A DNA stretch of 64,000 nt from positions 54,994,001 to 55,058,000 of the forward strand of contig OX597819.1 in assembly GCA_951406725.2 (NCBI GenBank), given 5' to 3'. Positions 27,545-41,573 of the stretch are shown piece by piece. Under the pieces are notes generated by a model. It did not search any database, was not told where the DNA came from, and worked only from the letters and a program-made list of their open reading frames with translations. A program made the position numbers and the translations under genes. The stretch comes from Octopus vulgaris. Lineage: Eukaryota. Position 1 is the first letter of the stretch; each line of letters begins with the position of its first letter.

Positions 27545-27805
27545 CATATGGACTCCAGTTCAGAACTATTGGGCTAGACTGTCGCAAAAAAGACTCACAA
27601 GAAGGATTCTTCAAGCCGAGCCAACCGGCAAGAGAACTAGAGGGAGACCAAGAACGAGATGGTTGGATAACTTCATAATCTCAATTAGACACGCTTGGGA
27701 ATCCTGACATAATAATGGTTGCTTCTGATAGGACCCTATGGAGGAGGTGCCCGAGGACTCTACTTCCACGACCATTCCAGGAATAGTGGAAGGATGGATA
27801 TGATT
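27545..27805 (+). mobile_element. RTE-clade LINE 3' fragment
   Basis: Frame encodes GKRTRGRPRTRWLDN...DRTLWRR; preceded by a hAT MITE fragment at 27317-27545. Confidence 0.75.
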
Positions 27806-28502
27806 TAATTGACTTCTTTCCTCCGAAAAAGTGTAAAGTCGGTTTGACGCACTCTAGGTTTTAACCCAAAACCAAGAGAAATACTTATACGATACTCCAA
27901 GACATCATCTTAGAGATTCTTTCAAGTTACAGTGTTTTGCATTTTGAGAGACGGAGCTATTTAAAACTTACAAAATACTTTTCCTTTATCTCTCACACTT
28001 CCAAAGTCGATAGATATTAATCCTGTTAAATCACTGTGAAAGAAACAGTTACCTAACCCGCACCACAAAAAACATTAAACTTACGTCTCAGAAATAAACC
28101 AGATACAGTATATAGCTTACACTCTTAAAAATAGTAGTCACTTCCAAAAAGTTCCTCAAATTACACTCCCAAATGTACCTTAAACAAGAGGAGACACATT
28201 GGCATAGTATCCGTTCTCGTTCATTATTTAGATAGGGCCGAGTGATTGGGTAGACACGCGATTGAAAACGTTATGACCACGACCATTTTGCTATTTTGGA
28301 AAACTAGGGCATCACTGTTTCTGTGTCCTTTTGGAATATGATAATATGTGATTTGAAGGAGTCTTGATTGTCGCTCCCAGCATGTCTAGCGACTACGTAG
28401 AGGCTCGGCTGTTGGTTCAGATTTGAGTGAATGAACTAGTTATATTATACTTCACCACGATACGTGTATAAGTCTCAATTAATTGAAGTTACTAAGGGGA
28501 CG

Positions 28503-28806
28503 GTGGAGGCACATGGCCTAGTGGTTAGAGCAGCGGACTCGCGATCGAGGGATCGGGGGTTCGAATCTCAGACCGGGCGATGTGTGTGTTTATGAGCGAA
28601 ACACCTAGGCTCCACGCGGCTCCGGCAGAAGGTAATGGTGAACTTCTGCTGACTCTTTCGCCACAACTTTCTCTCACTCTTTCCTCCTGCATCTTGCTGC
28701 TCACCTGCGACGGACCGGCGTTCCGTCCAGGTGGGAAACCCACACGCTAAGGAAACCGGGAAACCGGCCCTAATGAGCCAGGGATGGCTCGCGAAGGAAC
28801 AAACAA
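28503..28806 (+). mobile_element. tRNA SINE family D
   Basis: Homologous to the 17193 copy; 12-bp TSD ACTAAGGGGACG; sits at the 5' end of a family B SINE (28814-28960). Confidence 0.92.
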
Positions 28807-29726
28807 ACTAAGGGGACGAGCTGGCAGAATCGTTAGCATGCTGAGCAAAACAGTTAAGAGGCATTTCTTCCTCCTTTACGTTCTGAGTTCAAATTCCTCC
28901 GTTGTCGACTTTGCTGGTGTCGATTAAAATAAGAACCAGTTGAGCAATGGGATCGAAGAATAATTAGAATTATTAAAGCTTGCTTCATTAAGGATTTTAG
29001 CACTTACTCATTTAACTACTTATATAACGGCATGTTTCTCGGCACATATTTATATATATTTCCGTTTTTTTTTTTTAGCCGACCTCACTGTATGTAAATA
29101 AAGGAGAATGGAACAAAGAAACTTGGGCGAAAGAGAGCGACATACTGCCAAAAGAATCTTTGTACGACCGACTTTAGTTCGCGACATGATGCAAGCCGCG
29201 AGCTTCATAATGGCTGATGATTTCGTTGCTATTACATAGAAGTTATGAGACGCAAGGAAGTCGAGAGAAAAGAGAAATTGATGGGGTGGAGGAAAATGAA
29301 ATGAAAAAAAAACAAACAAAAACTGTGTGTGATTGAGGCGTGAGAATAAGAAGGGGGTAGATGTGTAAGTGTGTGTGTGTGTGTGATAGGAATGAGACGG
29401 AGCGCGGGGAGGCGATGAGGTTAACATGAAATGCAGATTGGAGATTAAAAGCAATGTGCAGGCTTGATGCAATAACTGCCAAACTAAGAACTTTTATTCT
29501 TCTGCTATTTTTATGTTATTAACAGTAAGAGAATTTCTTTTTTCTGTTTATGCACACACACGCGCGCTCGCATACAACACCCTCGCATATAATCATACAC
29601 ACAGGCACATACATACATATTCATACGTACAAATATATGTATATGTATGTGTGTGTGTGTGTGTGTGTATATATATGTATGTATATATATACACATACAA
29701 TTAAAAATATAAATCCAGGATATATA

Positions 29727-30070
29727 GTGGCTGTGTGGTAAGTAGCTTGCTAACCAACCACACGGTTGCGGGTTCAGTCCCACTGCGTGGCATCTTGGGC
29801 AAGTGTCTTCTGCTATAGCCCCGGGCCGACCAATGCCTTGTGAGTGGATTTGGTAGACGGAAACTGAAAGAAGCCTGTCGTATATATGTATATATATGTA
29901 TGTGTGTGTTTGTGTGTCTGTGTTTGTCCCCCTAGCATTGCTTGACAACCGATGCTGGTGTGTTTATGTCCCCGTCACTTAGCGGTTCGGCAAAAAGAGA
30001 CCGATAGAATAAGTACTAAAAGGTGGTGCTCCAGCATGGCCGCAGTCGGATGACTGAAACAAGTAAAAGA
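29727..30070 (+). mobile_element. SINE family A
   Basis: Consensus match. Confidence 0.92.
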
Positions 30071-30088
30071 GAAAAAAGAGAAAGAGAA

Positions 30089-30138
<50 letters not shown>

Positions 30139-30194
30139 GTGTGTGCCGCGCTTACATTTGAGTGTGTCCCAGTCCATCCTTCTAAGTGTGCGTG

Positions 30195-30533
<339 letters not shown>

Positions 30534-30614
30534 ACACATACGCATAACACGCATACGTCCATACATGCATATACGCACGTGTATACACACACGCATACAC
30601 GAACACGCGCACGC

Positions 30615-30650
<36 letters not shown>

Positions 30651-31029
30651 TCGCACGCACGCACGCACGCACGAACACACGCACACACGCACAATATCGT
30701 CATTGTTGTTGTTGATGTTATTGTTCTTGTTCTTCATCACCACCACTACCACAACCGTCATCGTCACCATCGTCCTCAACCTCCTCCTCTTCATCATCGT
30801 CATTATCATCACTGTCGTCGTCGTCGTCATCATCATCGTCATTATTTTCTTTCTTTATTTCTTTCATATGCGTGTGTATATGTATATAAATATATATGTA
30901 TTTATACACACACACATTTATATATTCAAATATATGTATACAAGTGTGTGGGAAATGGATATGTATGTGTGTGTATATATATATATATATATAGTTTTTG
31001 TATGTGTATCAGTGATTGTGCGTGTGTAT

Positions 31030-31088
<59 letters not shown>

Positions 31089-31407
31089 CACGTGAGTATA
31101 TGCATGTATGGATGTATTGCAATGCAGAGAATTAACATCAAGATGCTGGTGATATTTAATCCAATGCCAGAACAAACAAAGAAACCGTGAGAAAAGATGG
31201 CGAAGCGTTGTGACTTGTGACAAAGAAGAATGGTAAATGTCTGAATATTATTATGTAGTCTGCTATATATTGGTGTGCTTATTAATGGCTCTTAAAATCA
31301 TTGTTGTTGTTGTTGTTGTTGCTGCTGTGATTGTTCTTGTTCTTCTCCGCTACTACCACCGTCACCGCCACTACCACCACCCCTCCTCCTGCTCTTCTTT
31401 GTCTTCT

Positions 31408-32027
31408 TATTTCTTTATTGCCAACAGGGGGAGGGGGTAAACACAGAGGGGACATACAAGGACAGACAAAGAGATTAAGTCGATTACATCGACCCCAGTG
31501 CGTAACTGGTACTCAATTTATCGACCCCGAAAGGATGAAAGTCAAAGTCGACCTCGGCGGAATTTGAACTCAGACAACTCGGCGGAATTTGAACGTAACT
31601 GCAGACGAAATACCTATTTCTTTACTGCCCACAAGGGGCTTAACATAGAGGGGACAAACAAGGACAGACAAACGGATTAAGTCGATTACATCGACCCCAG
31701 TGCATAACTGGTACTTAATTTATCGACCCCGAAAGGATGAAAGGCAAAGTCGACCTCAGCGGAATTTGAACTCAGAACGTAACGACAGACGAAATACCTA
31801 TTTCTTTACTACCCAAAAGGGGCTAAACACAGAGGGGTCAAACAAGGACAGACAAACGGATTAAGTCGATTACATCGACCCCAGTGCGTAACTGGTACTT
31901 AATTTATCGACCCCGAAAGGATGAAAGGCAAAGTGGACCTCAGCGGAATTTGAACTCAGAACGTAACGGCAGACAAAAACCGCTATGCATTTCGCCCGGC
32001 GTGCTAACGTTTCTGCCAATTCTCCGC
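31408..32027 (-). mobile_element. Family B SINE tandem trimer (one head, three body+tail units)
   Basis: Units of ~184-207 bp; identical junctions GACGAAATACC|TATTTCTTT at 31614/31615 and 31798/31799. Confidence 0.92.
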
Positions 32028-32033
32028 TTTTCA

Positions 32034-32183
32034 GCTTCTTTCAGTTTCCGTCTATCAAATCCACTCACAAGGCTTTGGTTGGCCCGAGGCTATAGTAGAA
32101 GACACCTGCCACGCAGTGGGACTGAACCCGGAACCATGTAGTTGGTAAGCAAGCTACTTACCACACAACCACTCCTGCGCCTA
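32034..32183 (-). mobile_element. SINE family A 5' half
   Basis: Consensus match. Confidence 0.88.
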
Positions 32184-33036
32184 TGAATATACAAGATTTA
32201 CACAGATATAAGAGTTATTAGAACTTGTGATCTGCCCGCGGACCCTTTTTTTGGAAATTTTCGCGCGCCGCACTAAAAAGTTTTCCCACCCTTGATCTAG
32301 AGTTACATTATCCAGTATGGCTCATCTCCCAGTTATTTTCTAATTCGGTACCCTGTCATTTGAGGCTCAGCATCTTTTTGTTTGGTTCCTAAAGATGTTG
32401 TTTAAGCAAATATATTGTGTAACAATTGCTAATTACTGTTGTAAAACAGATTGACGCTTTTATTGTTGTGGCTTTGTTGTCTTATATACCCGTATATGTA
32501 TGTATGTGTATGTTTATATGTGTGTGTGTTTATGTGTGTATGTATGTATGTATGTATGTATGTATGTATGTATGTATGTATGTATGTATGTATGTATGTA
32601 TGTATGCATGTATGTATATCTATACACACACACATGTATATACCCGTATATATATGTATATGGATAGATAAATGCACCACACACACACACACATATAGAG
32701 AGTGATACCCATGAATACATTCATTACATATATATACACACACACACATTATTTACTATTTTTTAAATAATTTATTTATTTATTTATATGATTTTTTCCC
32801 TTCTGAAAATGAACCCACTTTTTTTAATTTACTCATTTGTGGCAAAGAAGAGGGTAAGTAATTCTATAACGGACCATCTAATTTCTCCAATTTCTATTTC
32901 TCTAACTCTCCCTCCTCTCTCCCTCCCTCCCTGCCTCCCTCCCACCGACGTTTTTCTTTTAGTCTTTCTCTCTCTTCCTCTTTCATCTCTGTCTTTCTAT
33001 CATTCTCTCTCCTATTTCCTATTTCGAGTGTCTGTC

Positions 33037-33083
<47 letters not shown>

Positions 33084-34005
33084 CTCTCACTCTCTCTCTC
33101 CCCTATTTTTCAGTCACATATTTTCCCAACTCTCCCTGTATATTACTGCCTGTCTTTCTTCCTCTCTTTTCCTCACTTTTTTTTTTTTTACTCTTTCTCC
33201 TCTCTCACTATCTCTCTCTTACCACCTCTTTCTCCCTCTCTTCCTCTCAGATATTTCTTCTCAACATTTCTCCTCATATATCCATCGCCGCCTGCCTGTC
33301 TGCTTGTCTCTCTCTGTTTCTCTCTTCCCCACCCTCTCTCTCTCTCTCTCTCTCTCACTTCAACTCACTCTTTTCTTCTTCTCTCTTAGTTATTCCCTCT
33401 CACAATTTTTCCTTGTGTATCCCTACTAACCTGTCTGTATGCATGTCTCTGTCAACCCCTCTCTCGCTCCTGTTCCTTTTCTCTTTTTGACTTCCTTCCC
33501 CGTCTTTTTCCTCTCCTCTTTTTATATCATCCTCCTGACTTTTCATTTTTTTTATCCCGTCACTTCTCTTTGTCTCACAATGTCTGTGTATTACATAAGT
33601 TATCTCCGTGATTCATTCAACCCGACACTCTTTCTCTCATCGGTGGCTTTCCTTAAACTCATTGAATTTCTTCTTCTTCTTCTTCTTCTTCTTCTTCTTC
33701 TTCTTCTTCTTCTTCTTCTTCTTCTTCTTCTTCTTCTTCTTCTTCTTCTTCTTCTTCTTCTTCTTCTTCTTCTTCTTCTTCTTCTTCTTCTTCTTCTTCT
33801 TCTTCTTCTTCTTCTTCTTCTTCTTCTTCTTCTACTTCTTCTTCTTCCTCTTCTTCTTCTCCTCCTGCTTCTTCATCTCCTCCTCCTCCTCCTCTTCACC
33901 ATCATCATCATCATCGCCAGCAAAAGCAATAACAAACCACACAACCATCACTAATATCATCATCATCATCATCATCGTTATTATTATTGTTGTGTTTGCT
34001 ATTTC

Positions 34006-34060
<55 letters not shown>

Positions 34061-34229
34061 GTTATTATTGTTATTATTATTATTATATTCCCCTCATTTT
34101 CACATTCTCTTATCCTCTCTCTGTCCTATGAGACCTTACAACTCTCTTGCACAATCGAAATGGAGAGAAGGAGAGACAGGGAGAGGGGGAGGTAGAGACA
34201 GAGAGTGTGAGTAAGTGAGAGATAGATAG

Positions 34230-34323
<94 letters not shown>

Positions 34324-34399
34324 CATCTTTGTTTCAGACGTAAAACATCTTGACCTACATTTCAAATAATTGTTTTCTGCTGTAATTCTTTTACACGCA

Positions 34400-34496
<97 letters not shown>

Positions 34497-34819
34497 ACAT
34501 ATGTGTGTATGTACGTATATATATATATACATATACATATATGTATGTATATATGTATGTATGCATATGTGAGTGCGTGTGTGTGTGTATGCACGTGTGT
34601 ATGTCTTCAATTTGTTATTAAGAATTTCCACAAATGATGCTCTATACGGAACTTATGTACGCAATTATGTTCATACAATTATGAAATCCAGCCATAGACA
34701 TACACAGACGTACCGTGAGTTGGAATGTACATAAATACATACACAAGGACGTGTGTGCGTTTGTGTGTTTGTATGTAGATATATATATATATATATAAAT
34801 ATATGTGTGTGTATGTATA

Positions 34820-34856
<37 letters not shown>

Positions 34857-34948
34857 CTCAATGCACAAACACACATATTTAATATAGACATTCATATACT
34901 ATGAATACGTACATACATATATAAGTGTGTGTGTGTACAGATAGATAA

Positions 34949-35051
<103 letters not shown>

Positions 35052-35715
35052 TACGGACACTCACTTACAAAGGTGCCAGTCATAAATACATCTTGTTTCG
35101 TATCAAACCGAAGCAAATCTATTCTAAGGTGCGCCATCAGGTATAACAAATTAAAAGATTTCGTAGCTATGGCTATCGGCCATAAAGTACGAATGAAGCA
35201 CAATCGAAGAACAATGATTATTACATACAAAACATACGGTAAATATCCTATGATTCTGTGATTATGCATTGTTCCTGGAAAAAGTTATCTGATTCTATCA
35301 GCTGTTGTCTCAAGGCAGTGCAGATTAGATAACCAGCCTTTATCTTTTTACAGCTGCGGTAATATATATATATAATCGTAATATATAGAGGCTAATTGAA
35401 TTAAGACGACAATATAAAGCGTATACGTTAAAACAATGTATTCGTTAATTATCGGACACTTATATGTGTCTGCAAGTAACTAATTAATCTCAGAAAAAGA
35501 CTGTTGTTATAACACTCTCCAAGCCTAGATTTACAAAGCACTTTAACTAGATTTCTGGTCTTAAGAATTATTCTGGTGCATTTCAAAAACTAAATATACA
35601 CGCAGCCACATACATATTCATGATCACTGCCTTCTGCAGTAAAATTTATTTCTTGTCTGACTGTTGATTTAAGTCAATTTAATACTGGTCAGTTTTATTT
35701 ATTTTTATTATTATA

Positions 35716-35871
35716 GGAGTGGCTGTGTGGTAATTAGCTTGTTTACGAACCACATGGTTCTGGGTTCAGTCCCATTGCATGGCACCTTGGGCCAGTGTCT
35801 TCTACTATAGCCTCAGGCCGACCAAAGCCTTGTGAGTGGATTTGGTAGACGGAAGCTGAAAGAAGCCCGTC

Positions 35872-35918
<47 letters not shown>

Positions 35919-36760
35919 GTAATAAATAAAATATATGCATACATACAAACATATATGTACGTACCGACATCTACATGTATATATACATGCATATATAAAT
36001 ATATATACGTACAGGACACCACAAAAAGACGTAAAACTCAACAGAAACGAAAACGGAAAAGCCATTTTGTTACAACAGAAGGACAGAGACGTGGAACAGG
36101 ACGAGAACGAAAACGGGAAAAACATTATTTACAACAGAAAAACGAGGTACAGGACATGCTACACAAGGAAAAATTCCCTTCATCAGCTGTCACTAGTAGA
36201 CATAGCGTGTTTTGAAGGCAAGACAGGACACGACTCGTCAATACTAGGCCTTCCTGCGAGAGAATTAGAATAAAATAACCTCGCAGAGGGGTAAAACAAG
36301 CACGAAAAATGTAACACAAAAAGGGACGTAACAAAGAACTGCACAACAAAATACAAGATAAAAATACAAAATTAAAAATACATGTACAAGAAAATACAAA
36401 ACAGAAATAAATTACAATACGAGAAATCAAAATAAACAAGAGAACAAACGAAAAAAACGAACGAAAGGCCTTTGTTCTGGCTGGGATGGAAGAGGTACTG
36501 GCGAGCGCAGGGAAACATGACCTTACGGCCTGATATATATATATATATTTGTGTGTGTATATGTTTGTGTGTCTGTGTTTGTCCCCCCAACATCGCTTGA
36601 CAACCGATGCTGGTGTGTTTACGTCCCCGTACCTTAGCGGTTCGTCAAAAGTGACCAATAAAATAGGTACTAGACTTTCAAAGAATAAGTCCTGGGGTCG
36701 ATTTGCTCGACTAAAGGCGGTGCTCCGGTATGGCCACAGACAAATGACTAAAACATATAA
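35716..36760 (+). mobile_element. Family A SINE with a ~530-bp insertion (36005-36532) in its internal (TA)n
   Basis: 5' half 35716-35875 and 3' half 36550-36760 flank unrelated A-rich sequence. Confidence 0.85.
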
Positions 36761-36953
36761 ATGCCATTCACACTTGCTAGAGCAATTTTTACCATAAAAA
36801 ATCATTGTTCGGTTACTGCTGCTGTTCAAACTCAGGTTAGCCATAATTAAAAACAAAAATGATCAAACCGTCACCGACTAGGTTTTTGCTTCTTTCGGAG
36901 ATAATGTTTTGAGGACTACATTATCTAACGTGTACTTCTTTAATAAGGTAGTG

Positions 36954-37235
36954 GGATATTTTCGGTTTGAACGGCAGTTCAATTTCTGCAATTTCAACGA
37001 ATCAGTGACGTCTATTGAGGTGAAAACATTGTGTGCCGTATGAATATGTCCCTCGTTTAAGAAACAGATTGGGTTTATTTACATTTCTGAAGAAAAAAAG
37101 ATACCCTTTCCCCCACCCCTAACCCTAACTCTAAAACAGATTGAAATGCAATAGATCGATACTAGGGTCATAATTATGGGTGACAATTTCATATGACACC
37201 ACTAGAAAAAACTGCCGTTCAAACCGAAAAGATCC
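36954..37235. mobile_element. MITE with GGAT..ATCC ends (Merlin-like)
   Basis: 26-bp TIR GGATATTTTCGGTTTGAACGGCAGTT / AACTGCCGTTCAAACCGAAAAGATCC; GTAGTG duplicated on the flanks; internal CCCTAACCCTAA. Confidence 0.85.
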
Positions 37236-37931
37236 GTAGTGTGTTAATTGGAGGAGATTTGGCAGTTGTTTCGAACAGATCGAGAAGCTGTTAGGACCAC
37301 ATATCACTGAAGGCTTGAACCGGAAGCCATTAGTTGTATGTTATTATTCTAATGCCGCACGAGCAATGAAGGTGTCTCTGAATTTTGTCTGATTCTCAGA
37401 CGGAAATTTAACAGAAAAGCTTATGTTACACCATGTTTGTTTACTGAACGGCTCATTGCTCATTTCTGTCCAGCTGTTCAATGTTATTGGGAAAAGAAGA
37501 ATTTCGAGTCCACGGCACTTGTGCTTTTGGACTACTCTCCTTCAAATCTTGATTCACTCCAACGTGTGTATCTGTTAAAATCGTTTCCGTTCTGACGAAC
37601 TCAAAATTCATTGCTACAGCATATATGGATCTGGGAATTGGAGTGAGTTGATTTTGAATGACTGATAACAACTATCAGTGCCTCAAAACAAACTTGGAAA
37701 AACTGGCATATAAAGCTAGCAATTAAAATATTTCAATGCCAGAGAGAAAATTTAAACATATATGTCCCATAGGCGTAGGAGTGGCTGTGTGGTAAGTAGC
37801 TTGCTTACCAACCACATGGTTCTGGGTTCAGTCCCACTGCGTGGCACCTTGGGCAAGTGTCTTCTACTATAGCCTCGGGCCGACCAAAGCCTTTTGAGTG
37901 GATTTGGTTGACGGAAACTGAAAGAAGCCTG

Positions 37932-38002
<71 letters not shown>

Positions 38003-38036
38003 TAAAAGTCTTAGTGAAATAACTCATGCTTTAGAT

Positions 38037-38278
38037 CAGTGGGCCTCAACGGCCCTTGGGGGTACACATAAGATTTTGTTGTTAAAATTTGTGAGCAATA
38101 AAGTGGTTGTACTTCTACAATACACAAAACATTTCAACAGTTTTTAAATAAATTCCCTAATGATATTTAGTTATAAAAATATAATTGGATGTTTTAAACA
38201 TCGAATATTTTGGAAGGTGCATCTGAGCAAAATAGGAATAAAAGAGATCCATAAGCAAAAACTGGCCGAGAAACACTA
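38037..38278. mobile_element. hAT MITE
   Basis: TSD CTTTAGAT/CTTTAGAG; same family as 17030-17595. Confidence 0.8.
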
Positions 38279-38447
38279 CTTTAGAGAAACTTTCAGAAGA
38301 CAATCCAAATTTTTAACGAAGTATGAAAATGGAAGCAATTGCTATATGTAAGAATTATAAGTTCGTAAGAAGCACAGAAACTTTGTTTAAAAGACTTAGT
38401 GAAAATAACGTGTGTTAAGCGTTACACAATGTTTGTTTACTGAACAA

Positions 38448-38609
38448 GGCGCAGGAGTGGCTGTGTGGTAAGTAGCTTGCTTATCGACCACATGGTTCCG
38501 GGTTCAGTCCCACTGCGTGGTACCTTGGGTAAGTGTCTTCTACTATAGCCTCGGGCCGACCAAAGCCTTTTGAGTGGATTTGGTAGACGGAAACTGAAAG
38601 AAGCTCGTC

Positions 38610-38699
<90 letters not shown>

Positions 38700-38880
38700 T
38701 TGTGTGTCTGTGTTTGTCACCCCAACATCGTTTGACAACCGATGCTGGTGTGTTTACGTCCCCGTAACTGAGTGGTTCGGCAAAAGTGACCGATAGAATA
38801 AGTCCTGGGGGTCGATTTGATCGACCAAAGGCGTTGCTCCAGAATGGCCACAGTCAAATGACTGAAACAAGTAAAATGAG
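38448..38880 (+). mobile_element. SINE family A (another 5' half lies at 37771-37935)
   Basis: Consensus match. Confidence 0.92.
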
Positions 38881-39372
38881 TAAGCGATTTTAGAAAAAGT
38901 AATTTCAACAAAACATGAACACTAAAAGAATTATTTTCGGGAAGAATTGCAACTTGATAAAAGTGCAAAGCCATCAAGCCTCGATACAAATTTTGTAAAA
39001 ATAGAAATATAACAGAACCAATAGTACCATATTTACGTTTTCCTGTTTCATATTTTTTATTTTTTTGCATAAAATGTAAAAAAAAAAAAAATCTGTGCAA
39101 TTTTTTTTTTTATTGAATTAAATAGAATATAGTTCTAAGGATTTTTTTCGGTGTAAAGAGTGCATATTCTTTATGGAATTAAATATTAATTTTGTTCAAA
39201 GGATTTTTATATATAAATACAGGAATATTGCGAGCCTACTTTATTTTAAATAAATGTATACTTCTACATCAAATAAAACTGTTTTATCTCCACTGGCAAA
39301 CGAAGTCTCTGATAACGAACTAAATATAGATGGGCCGTATTAAGTTCTTTAATCGAGGCATTTATGTATGTA

Positions 39373-39435
<63 letters not shown>

Positions 39436-39933
39436 GCATGCATGCATACATACATGCGTGTATGTATTTATCTATCTATATACGTATGTATGTGCATGTA
39501 TGTGGTGCATGCTTGTTGTAGTCTATATACAAGGTGTATACATTTATTTTAAAGTATGTAGTGTACGGTATACATATACGCAGGTAATTAACTATGTGAT
39601 TAAATTTATACCATGATTTCATGCAAATACTTAAGCTGATATCTGTGATCTGCTGGGAATATGTGGCAAAATTAGAAATGGCTTATTCATATCCACTGAG
39701 TATCGCTGATATTCATTCGGATATCTGTAAAGATCCGTAGTAAGAATTAAATAAACTAGAAACTTTCATCCACCCAATATATACATGTGCGTGTGTGCGC
39801 AGATATACATACATACCTACATACATACATACATACATACATACATACATACATACATACATACATGTATACATACATACGTACATTTATACATGCGTAC
39901 ATATATACATGTATACATAAATATATATAATTA

Positions 39934-40022
<89 letters not shown>

Positions 40023-40061
40023 CTTACTCTCTCTCTCTCTCTCTCTCTCTCCCTCTCTCTC

Positions 40062-40106
<45 letters not shown>

Positions 40107-40206
40107 ATACATACACAAAGTATGGGGATTTAGTTCACAGCATTTGCCTAGCGTATTCTCCCCCCCTCTCTCTCTCTATATATATATATATACATATCTA
40201 TATATG

Positions 40207-40254
<48 letters not shown>

Positions 40255-40713
40255 CTGAAGCGTCCATGGTGTCATAATAAGGATCTGATCAAAGCTTTGC
40301 AATTAAATGTTACAGCCATCCTCATCGAGTTCTTGTTTCTTCAGGATATAATGCTTCAAGGACAACATTATCAAATGTGTTCTTCTCTAAGGCAATAATT
40401 TGTAATTTAGTGGGAATCGAGCTGCTATTTCTAACAGATCTAGCAATAACGTAGAAATTTCATTTGTTCGTGTAATATTTTATTGATGGTTTGAGTGGCG
40501 AGCTGGTTGAATAGTTAGCACGACGGAAAAAATGCTTAGGGGCATTTCGTCCTCTTTACGTTCTGAGTTCAAATACTGCCATGGTCGACTTTACCTTTCA
40601 TGCATTCGGGGTCGATAAAATAGTAACGGTTGAGCACTGGGGTCGATGTAATCCATTTACTCCTTCCCGAAATTGCTGGTCTTGTGCTAAAATTTTGAAA
40701 TCAATATTTTATT

Positions 40714-40998
40714 CCAGTTCTATATTTAAGAGATGAAGAATTATGTACATTATTTACATTACTTATATTCGACGGATATTTGTCCTCATCTTGTTTGTTG
40801 TTAACACAACATTTCGGCTGATATACCCTCCAGCCTTCTTTAGGTGTCTTGGGAATGAGAACCCAGATTCGAAATTTCCCCAAGACACCTGATGAAGGCG
40901 GGAGGGTATATCAGCCGAAACGTTGTGTAAACAACAAACAAGATGAAGACAAATATCCGTCGAATGTAAATAATGTAAATAATGTGAATAATGTAAAT
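40714..40998. mobile_element. Inverted pair of hammerhead repeat H3
   Basis: Minus copy 40714-40853 and plus copy 40850-40998; both homologous to 54868-55026. Confidence 0.88.
40884..40928 (+). ncRNA. Minimal type I hammerhead ribozyme motif
   Basis: ACAC-CUGAUGA(40889-40895)-A-GGCGG...CAGCC-GAAA(40917-40920)-C-GUU^-GUGU; stem III is the palindrome AACGUU. Confidence 0.75.
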
Positions 40999-41483
40999 AT
41001 TGTACAATATTTTATTGATGTTATTAGTCACACACTGAATTGTTAATTTTCAAAAATGAAAGGGATAATAAATATTTAAAGGAACACAGAAAAGCAAACA
41101 TAATAAATTGCATGTCTTTCAACTACGTAATAAGATAATTAAACCGTCATATCGATCAGGTTATTATAGGGAGACGATTAGGCAGCATGAATTTGTTTTG
41201 TTACTACTCCATTCGTAAAAATTCCATATGTAACTTAGAGAACTGACAGAGAATAAATTGTTACCGGTTCAAGAGATATGCAAGAGATCTCAGCATGTTA
41301 TTCTAAATGTTGCGTAAATGCCAGGGAGACGTCCAGGCTTTAGTTATGTTTGCTGGATTAAATTATGTAAATAAAGCTAAGGAGACGTGTAAGCCATCTA
41401 GTGAAAAGATCAGTTTAAACGTCTGCCTAACTGTGCTATCTATTTAATTTCCGTTTTGCACTAAGTCAAAAACAAAAAACCTT

Positions 41484-41573
<90 letters not shown>

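Noticed and set aside
37117-37135. Interstitial telomere repeat
   Set aside because: Only two to three CCCTAA units, inside a MITE
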